DNA of 64,000 nucleotides from Klebsormidium nitens (taxonomy: Eukaryota; Plantae; Klebsormidiophyceae), in the NCBI GenBank assembly GCA_000708835.1, contig DF237082.1:115702-179701 (forward strand), given 5' to 3'. The translations under genes were made by a program, and so were the position numbers. Numbering within the stretch: position 1 is the stretch's first letter; every line of letters starts with the position of its first letter. The notes under the pieces are model-generated. The model did not search any database and had not been told where the DNA came from. It saw only the letters and a list, made by a program, of their open reading frames with translations. Below are positions 35,323 through 44,800 of the stretch, one piece after another.

Positions 35323-38300
35323 GAAGTTGACGCTTAGTTCTTCTCGACTTTGTGCCTGAGATGATCGTGAGCTTCAAGATCTACGTCGATCTTGAGGCCG
35401 GAATGTCGAAGGGTCTACAGACTGTGCAAGGTGCGCAGCTCGCGAACCATCATTCGATCCAATTGGACCTTTCTAGTTCAGTACATATTTTTGTTGACTC
35501 GCGCTTGCCAGTCGCTGCCAACGGAGGCTGTTTATTCCAGGACAATAAAGTAGTTCTAGATAGAGTATAAAATCTGTAACTTACATAGTTGCACTAGCTG
35601 CTTTCTATATCAAGTTTCGCTTCACTATAGAGTCGCCCTTCCGAATCTGTGCAAAGCTCACTAGCTGGCTCCTTAATTTCGAAGTATGACGACGGTACCT
35701 TTAACAACCCGTCAGCTCAAAATGGTCGGCCCAGGTGTGGCCGCGAATTGCCGGGAAGCGGACTGCGTTAGTTGCAATTCAATTCTATATTGCATGCACG
35801 ACCTGGCAGAACTTCTTTGAGCAGATGTTCATAAGTGTCATACCTTTTAATGCATGCCTAGGCAAGCATGTATATATGTGATCAGACATGCGCATGCGGC
35901 TTGTGCGGCAGCCTGGATATTAGTGATCGAGCCTGGTCATTGCACGCAGTTGCACTTGCAGCCGCCCATTTGCCCGCGATCTCCTTTTGCCTACCCATTT
36001 GATACGCGTTTATTACAGTGACACGGCCGTTTTTAGAGTTTGCCGCGTGAGGCACTATAGTGTGCATAGATCCACTGTCTGCATGTATTGCAATAATCAT
36101 CTATGCCGCCCTCAGCTGTTTAATGACAGACGTTGACCGTTGCATGATGTTTGTTTGCCACGTCTAGACTCAAACGCAGCGATACATTGGCTTCACACCG
36201 AGTTGCTGATACAAATGTGCCCTGAAAGCCGCAAGATTGTCAATATCACATAAACAAGCAGACGCGCGGTATATAGCTCGCCCTTCTTCCAGATTCAATG
36301 AAAGTTCCGGAATCTACGCATGATCTAGAGTTCCATTGGTCCTTGCAGAAACATATATGAAAGCTTTTGCCGTCATAGTCCGTCAATAAGAACCTCCAGA
36401 TCAAGGGCATCTTATTATCATTTTCATGTTGCGGCAAACTGGAGCACGCTATCATGAACGAACGCGTAGTTCGAAAGCAATTTCGAGGGACCGGTCACAT
36501 ACTCCCCATCATCCGCGACTGAGTGAGTTTGATAATGTCAATGCTCTACTCTTTTGATGTCGAAAGGTTTCATCTTGATACTAGACCGAGGGTCTGGTTC
36601 GGGGTTTGAAGAAAGTTGTTGAAGAAAGTCAAAAAACGAGCACACCACCGCACCACTAAGCGGGTGGGTCGTGCCCAAAGTCTGATCCAGCCACAACGTC
36701 ATCAGACAGCTCACAAAACACTTGGCATGGCAGCAGTGCAAGTGCCAGTCACCCTGATTCAACGGCAGAAAAATCTTCCCTGGTCCAGCATTTACCAAGG
36801 AAGTGGGCGACTGCACTCTGAGAAACCGAGAAGAGCTTTAGATGTAACCTCCTGACAGTAGCAGCCACAAAAGGAAGAGAGTATACGACATGTTCACAAT
36901 ATCTGCTCCTGAAGTCAAAGTCAATGCTCAATATGACGGGGCGTCTAGAACAAACGCCAACTGCCCACGGACTGCCCACCTTTCAGACAATGTCACCAGC
37001 TCATAATCTAGTTTGCCACGAAAGGTTCACAAGACAGCCACTTCTACTCTCGTTGACTGGAAACAAGCTACACGTTTTAGCATCCCTAGCGCTTCAAGCT
37101 CAGCATTGAACTGTAAAATTTCTTATCAGGTCCTTGTTCGATCTCGATAAATTTGACAAAATATACTTCATGGAACTGCTAGCAATCCACGTCGAAAGTT
37201 CCAGATTAAGAAATACCATGAATGTGGCATGGTAGTAAGCAAGGCTGTGTTGATTATACGACTCTCGAAAAACATTGAAACCAGCAACAGCCTAGTACGT
37301 TTCAACCATGTCCCACGTAGTAAGAACTGGGCAATCTCGACATCAACTACTATCAATATTGTTGCACGAGACGTCCACTTAATTCAAGTGCGCGCGTAAT
37401 CAGCGCAGGGGTGCGGTGATCGCGCAGTGTCTATCAATGTGTTCATCAGCGCTCAATTGAAATCGAGTTACTATCGGGAACTATTAGCAAGCGCCACTTC
37501 GAATCTTGATGCATGAAGAGGGACGGCCTGATGAATCTCGATAAGACCATTTGACCTGCTTTAGTTCCTTCTTTTGTAAACTTGACGAGCCACGTCCACA
37601 AGGATGACAAGGAGCAGCTCTGGGCTCCAACCTTGATTACACTCACCTTGTGTCATGCATCTTGCAGTCTTGGCCACTTTTTGCCGAGTCACCATCCGAT
37701 GTCAGCATCCCGGTCAGCATTCCAAGGGGCCAGATCATGGTCACAGCCGGCGCCCAGCGGTGTGAAGAGAAGCAGTCGATCGTGATAAAGCGACAAAATG
37801 AAACTTGAGTTGGCTTAATCGCTTAAATATACTGTGAACAAAAGCGACTAGAACATTCCTTGTACCGTGCAGCCCGGCAGCACGGCAGTCGAAGGGCCAA
37901 GCTGGCTGCGCGGATGTGAATCTCAATACTTTGTAGCTTGCTGAGGACTCAGTAGCTAGAGATTTGCACAGAGTGTCACAGATGATTGCGCAGGGCAGAA
38001 ACCAGATGGAAATTCTTACCCTTTTGTCAAGTTCGGAGAAATCAAGATGCATAGAAGCTGGCGCGCGCGCACTGCTGCTGTACAGGCGACCAGCAGTGTG
38101 TCACACGAGATTCCCTGTCACCTGATGACCAGCTCGTATTCAGGTTCATCTTTGCACTGAGCTGAAGGTTTTCAAACCGCCCCGCTTGCAGAACCCAGAT
38201 CGCCTCGGATTGAAACAGGGTCGGTGTACGCTAGTCTGTCACTTCTGTCACTTGTCATGCTGTTATATGATATACCGCTATGATATGGCTCGTGAGTAGG

Positions 38301-39356
38301 CTCCCATCGGAGGCAGTAAGCCTGAGGCCATGTTTCCATGTTTCACAAATCAGGCGATGGACTATGCTCCCTCTTATATGCTCTTTCCAAAGGCCTCGCA
38401 AGGACGATCATTTACCGGTTGCATGTCGAACGGCGCTGCAAGGCGCGCCGCCAAGGTCACAACTGATCATATCTGTATCACATATCCATACCTGATACGT
38501 CTCTTTTTGAAGCTGGTTTCACCTCAGCTAGCTGGTGAATCGAGGTGGTGCCATAGCTGGTACGTACATCCCTGACCATTTATTCTCGCGGGTGACGCAT
38601 TGTTCCTCATGCTCATTGCTGCTGCCACGCTGCTTCGGACTCCGGAGCCTGAAGGCGCACCAGGATCATTGACTTCCTTGCTCAATCGTACCCTGGCTGC
38701 GCCTGGTGTCAACATAAACAGTTGACTTGCGCAAATGCGTAACCAACTACAGACGGTAGGTCCAAAGAGTTGACCCAGTGACGACGTTCGATTGGCTTCG
38801 ATATCTCATCGGACGGGCTAAATTTCTTCAAAATTTTTCTGGCATGATGTCAGCGCAACAGTCGGGGGAACCCCGAAGTAAATGCAGGCCGGATCGATCA
38901 TCGGATGGTTCGTAACCTCGCCTGATCAACGGTCGCTGGGTCGCTACCTCTCCGGATGATCCCTGGCGGCTTTTGGGAACTTGCGCCGCCATGCATTGAA
39001 TTGGTCCTTGAATTGTCACAGTCAGACTTTTCAGACGGAAGGAGGACTCGACTGGCCCAGGATAAAATGCAGAACATATAATACTGTAGTTGGGCGTTCT
39101 CAGATCTCCACCTAGCTTATAGCTCAACTCTTGCACCGCAGAACAGCAAACCGTTGCAAAAAACGCAACCCTGGGAAATCAAAGCTCGAAAAGCCAAGCT
39201 TGAGTGCAACACCCACCCTGACACACAGCACCAGACATTTTGTTTGAGAACGCCTTGTCCTCGGCAAACACACGCAAAAGGTCTCAATCAGCAACCCAGA
39301 GCACAATATTCATCTGGGCCGCGTTTCAGCTTCTGTGTGATTTCCAAAGGGTCATC

Positions 39357-39857
39357 ATGGCGACAGTTTCCGGGCAGCACTTTGAGGGCCATCGCTTCAG
39401 CAGAAAAAGCACGGCCAGCTCCAGCTATGACCATGGATACAATGGTTATGGGGCCCAGAATGGTGGAGCGCGGGGCAACGTGGGCCGGGTCTTCCAACAC
39501 TCCATAGACAACGCAGACGTGAAAATTGAGGGGACGGGGGGTCAGAACTACATCTTGCAAGGCTCAGTGAACAACTCTAAGATTCTGATCCAAGGGACGG
39601 GCGGCGACAACTACATTTTCCAGGGGTCTGTGACCAACTCCGTGATTAGGGTGGAAGGGTCGAGGGCCAACAATATCATCTTCCAAGCCTCTTTGACCGG
39701 CTCTGATGTCAGGATCTACGGCACTGGTGGCGATGTTGTGATCTTCCAGGGGACGTTGAGAGACTGCACGGTCAAAGACAGAGGGGAGTTGGTGGACAGC
39801 CGGTTTATGTTCTCCGGTTCTGTGGTGGATAGCGAGGTGGTCTACAGGGGGAGATAG
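39357..39857 (+). CDS. Intronless 166-aa protein with ~6 tandem 21-aa repeats (predicted beta-solenoid), unknown function
   Basis: Uninterrupted ORF from ATG 39357 to TAG. Repeats: VFQHSIDNADVKIEGTGGQNY / ILQGSVNNSKILIQGTGGDNY / IFQGSVTNSVIRVEGSRANNI / IFQASLTGSDVRIYGTGGDVV / IFQGTLRDCTVKDRGELVDSR / FMFSGSVVDSEVVYRGR. The period is conserved at protein level while the DNA has diverged. Confidence 0.75.
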   Translation: MATVSGQHFEGHRFSRKSTASSSYDHGYNGYGAQNGGARGNVGRVFQHSIDNADVKIEGTGGQNYILQGSVNNSKILIQGTGGDNYIFQGSVTNSVIRVEGSRANNIIFQASLTGSDVRIYGTGGDVVIFQGTLRDCTVKDRGELVDSRFMFSGSVVDSEVVYRGR

Positions 39858-41807
39858 AAGCGCCACTGGTATAAGCTGCAAGGACTCTAGGTAAGCAGAT
39901 CTTGAGCTTATGGCACAACTGTTTGGCTTCAGAAGCGCTTGTTGGAGAGTACAACCTTTTATGGCTATTGCATGACAGCTGTACAGGGTCTTTTGGCAGT
40001 GCACTCTCGCACTGCACACTTTTAGTCACTGAAGAGGCTGTCACCTGCATGTCACCTCTGATACTATGATTGGGTGCTGACTTTACCCAGATCTGTGTAT
40101 TTTATGGACCATAGCTCTTGCCAGTGTTATACTTTTCGGAGTAGCTTGAGAAAGCTACCACTCTGCAGATTCAATTCCATCGGTCTGCATCTCTGCAATA
40201 CAGAGTAGACCTAAGGTGCGTGTAACACCTTCCTGAACAGCACTTTTGAGGGTTTTCTGGGGGTAGGAAAGGGAAACTGTCTGGGGTCAAGCGGTCACTT
40301 TGGGGCCAAAAGACCCCAATGAACGATTCTCTGCAGCAGAAAGTCAGACCTACAATAATAATGGTCGCATGTTCAAGGTGACTCTGGCCCTCATGTGCGC
40401 AGTCCTTTTTGCGAGCTGCTATCTGACAGTGGTTACCGCTGTGTTCTGTGCAGGACAGCATGTACATACCCACCGAGAACTTGGCCCGATACCTGAGCAC
40501 GCAAGTTCTTTCCAGAGAGGAGCGCGAGAAGATGAAAGCTCCATGATGAGAAGCTTAGCTTGGATCAGCATGTTGTGAACCAAGGACTGCTTCGTCTCTC
40601 TGCTTGTCCGACACCCTTTGTTGACGCTTACTTGGGCAAGAAATCAAGCTACCAGCTGTATTGACAGCTGTTGACCAGTCTGGAGATGAGTACGTAGATG
40701 TATCAAGGGTGGCTAGCATAATCAAATAAGCAGCAAAATGCAAACAGAGATTCCTGGAAACACACTGAGTCAGATAAAGTCGAAGGTAAAGAAGTCATGT
40801 ATATCGGCATAACATGACGGTCCATTGCTGCTACATTGATCAGGTTACTCAGGATACGAGCACGCCGCCGCGCTTGCAAGCAAGCAGCTATGGCTGTTGG
40901 GTGCGGCTGGTCATTCTTAGGGACCAAGAGGCATCGGATAGACCTAAGTAAACACATCATTGTTCACACCTGTTAAAACAGTATCAAATCGTTGAATCAC
41001 TTCCATCAATCGGCCGTCAGACAGAGTCGCGATGGTATGCACCAATCATCTGTGCGTGCGGCACTATAGACGATCATGAAAGGCCTTAGTTGACGGAAGC
41101 TACTTGATCATGGAACTACTGGCAAGCTGGATATCATGGGGGCATCACTGCCGCCGCAGCAAAAACCTCCATGTTTGTATCAAAACTTTCAAGGGATTCA
41201 TGCTAGCATGATGCATGAGCATTCTGGCCCGCTGCAAATCAACAATGCCCGGCAGCTCGCGGTGCAATCGCGATCGGAAGAGTGCACGAAGTGCCATATC
41301 ATATGGCTCTAAATCGACGAAGGAATACTTCATCACATGCGGGGTCCTAGCCGAGCATCTGCCAAAAGCAACCTAGACATCCCGTGCTTTCACGAAAGTT
41401 AGGGTGGCACTCAAGCTCCCACCGGCGGTGGCGGGCAGTGGCGGAGAGGCGCACTAGATCTGAGGTCCCTAGCGGTGAGCGAGCCTGGCAGATTGATCCG
41501 CACGATACTGACGATGCAACGCCCTATAAGTATGTTCCAACAAATGCCGGGTAACTGTCATGCATGCCAAGTACGTTGGAAGGAGACGAAACGGCTTTGG
41601 GCGTTTATGCCCTTCTTCTACCATATGGGGCGCGTTTGAACGCCGGAATGCAAGAAGAGCGCTTATTCGTTGGATCTCCTTGAGAGAAGTGATGATGCGA
41701 AGTCCTTGTACAGAAGTCGGCATGCTGTTTTGTTCTATACTGATGATGAGGATTCCATAAGCACTGTATCTGTGCGCGGGGCGAACCGTGTGCAGCTTCG
41801 GTGCACT

Positions 41808-44800
41808 TCACTTCGGCTTCTGCATCCGCCTTCCCATCCTTGATCGTCCGCTCGCTTCCCGCTTCCGTATCTGCATGAGCAAGAAGCATTATGAAGTCCG
41901 GCGCCAGCGAAAAGCAAGGTGAGACGAACTTCAGGACTGGAAGGACGCGTAAGTCAAATCGGACGTCGGCAAAGATCCAAGACCTCCCGCAAGTCCGCAA
42001 ATGCCATTAATCGCCGACACTCGAAGTGTCCGAAGTGTTGAGACGGGGAGCTGCTCGATCTATAGCCTTCAAGCGGCCTTGCTGCCTTCGTGTCGCCATG
42101 CAAGCATGCATACCACAGCTCAAGAATAGAGACATAGAGACATAGTCCAACCGGAGTCCCTCCTTCACAAAGGGGGCAGCCTGCAGACATCCAAGCTGCT
42201 TCTCGCATGAAATCGCCAAGCACTTAACAATACCCGAAGACAGACCCAATTTCGGGGGGTATGATTGAACCCGTGATCCCACCCCCCTCACCCGCGTAAT
42301 CGTCCGGTCCTCCAGCTCCTCCCGAGTCATCGGCCGGTCGTCCACCTCCTCATCGCTGTCGTCATCGCTGGCGTAATCGTCGCCCGTCGAGGGGGGTTCG
42401 ATTCCCACGTGGACGGACCCCGGGGGAGCGAGGGGCCCCGCCACCAGCAGCATTCCGCTCGGCCGCAGCGGATCGCCGCGCGGAACGGCGGAAAGGCCGT
42501 CGTCCAAGTCCTTACCGCGCTGCCGGGCCTACGAAAAGAGCGACTTGTCTTAAGCAAAAGTTGCGCAGAGTCTGCTTTCGCGGCCTCAATAGAATCAAGC
42601 CTCTTTCGCCGCCCCTCTACTGAGGATTCAACCCACCTGAAGCCCCGATGATTGAGCGTCGTCAAAATCAAACGCTCCCTTTCGGACAACACAAGGTCCG
42701 TTTGAGCAACAAAACGGAAGCAAGCTTTGAGCGGAAGAGGCTTCGGATCAGGCCGAGCCTTCGGTAAGAGGATGATGCAACAGCGCGGAAAACAAAGACC
42801 AGGTCCTTCCGGTGTCCATTCTATTTACAAGGGAACGGAGCATCAGCGGAACGCGGACATCCCGCTATTGGAATACCTCTTGAGATCGTCATTTTCGCGG
42901 ATTGCTGAGAGAGTTGACGAACAACTACTCTTCCATCTGCTGACAAGGGAAGGCCCTTCACATCAGCCCGGGTATCCCCAAGATGTCCGTCAATCTCACC
43001 ATGTGAATTGCGTACATCTGAAGAATCTCGTTGGTGCGCTGTTCGATGATCCCCAGGTACAGCATCAGGTTGCTCTCCGTCACGCCGCCGTCGCCCAGCA
43101 TCTCGCGCACCGCGGCCGTGTTGCAACCTGCGGGTTAAGGGTTTAAGGAAGGGTTAGCGGTGCAATTGCAGCGAATCAGGAGATTTCTGAGCATGTCTGC
43201 CGGCGGGGTTGCCAGAAGGTTTTAGAAAGGGTGAGCTTCATTAGAGCGGGATTGTGCGCAGCATCTCGCGCACCGCGGCCGTGTTGCAACCTGCGGGTTA
43301 AGGGTTTAAGGAAGGGTTAGCGGTGCAACTGCAGCGGATCAAGAGATTTCAGAGCATGTCTGCCGGCGGGGTTGCCAGAAGGTTTTAGAAGGGCGAGCTT
43401 CATTAGAGCGGGATTGTGCCCAGCATCTCGCGCACCGCGGCCGTGTTGCAGCCTGCGGGGTTCACGGGTTTACGGAGGGTTAATATGGGTTCACAAAGAA
43501 CTCATAGAGGTTAGAAACGAAGGTTTGCAGAGCACTTCCTTAGCATCTCGTGCGCCGCGACCGTGCCGCAGCCTACGGCCAAGGCGGGGCTTGGCAGCGA
43601 AGGGGTGGTCGTGTGGATGTTTACTTCAAGGGGTTCGGGACGCGGAGGCCTCGGAGCTTCAGAAGGGAAGCAACAGCGTCTCGCGCCCGATTCTTGTTGC
43701 ATGTCGGTTGGAAAGTCTGCAAGTTGAAAAAAAGGTGGAACGGGCCAGAAAGATAAAACAAGTTCAAGCGGATCAGCGGTAGCAAGTTAGCCTGGACAAA
43801 CAAGGGGTTTGCAAACGTCCTGATTCCCCGCGAGCTCACCGATTTTGTTGAAGGTGCTGGTGACCACCTGCTTGATGTGCGCGATCGCCTTCATCGGCTT
43901 CGTTTACAACAGCGGTTGATATATACTCCCAAAGAAATAGGGTTTGACTTAAGGCTCACCGACCTCAAACACGCTACTAGCAATTTGCTTTACTTGAATC
44001 TACCTTCGAATGTGTTAACACACATTAACGCAACCAATTGTTTTGCTTTCTCACCGATCTTGTTGAATGTGCTGGTGACGACCTGCTTGATGTGCGCGAT
44101 CGCCTTCATCGTCTTCTAACAGCTTCCGTCACTGTTTAGTCATCCGACAAAACAAGCTCGACTCGAAGAGAACGATGGATCTCAGAAACTTACCAATCTT
44201 GTTGAAGGTGCTGGTGACGACCTGCTTGATGTGCGCGATCGCCTTCATCGTCTTCTGGAAGCGTACCTCATACTGCGCCTCCCGCTCCTCCGTCCTGTTC
44301 AGCCGCTCCTCCAGCTCCAACAGAATCTTCTTGCGCGCGCTGTCGTGGCTCGCGCCCTGGCCCTTGTACTTCTCGATCTCCAGACGGGTGTCGGCAAGTT
44401 GCTCCTCGAGTTTCTCCAGCTCCTGTGATGAGACATTTGATAAGAATATTGAGAACTTTTGATTTTTGAAGATCTCAGACTGAACAAATTGCGCCAATGT
44501 CGTGGCTCGGCACCGCTCCGGTTGACACGTGTCGATCTCCAGGAGGGTGTCTGCAAGCTGCTTCTCGAGTTTCTCCAACTCCTGAGTGCATGCAGATTCG
44601 AGTTTTGATACTGAGGTTCACACTAAGTAAAGTCACGCTGTTGACACTGAAGGCCAAAGTTGCGCCCTTTACCCCTTGTACTTTTTGGATCACAGCCGGG
44701 TGTCTAGGAGCTCCACAATTAGTTCCTCCAACCCTGGGTTGGATCAATTGAAGATTCTGAGCTTCGAGACTTACACCTCGTCGTAAGTCGGCTCTTAAAG

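Noticed and set aside
36538-36816. Minus-strand ORF with KIFLPLNQGDWHLHCC, faintly like a Ulp1/C48 protease remnant of a transposon
   Set aside because: The catalytic His-Trp order is wrong, no Asp/Cys motifs were found and flanking frames are broken; too weak without a profile search.
40700-41750. Protein-like short minus-strand ORFs (e.g. 41145-41336) downstream of ODA1
   Set aside because: No consistent splice structure or recognisable motif; cannot be distinguished from UTR/intergenic sequence.
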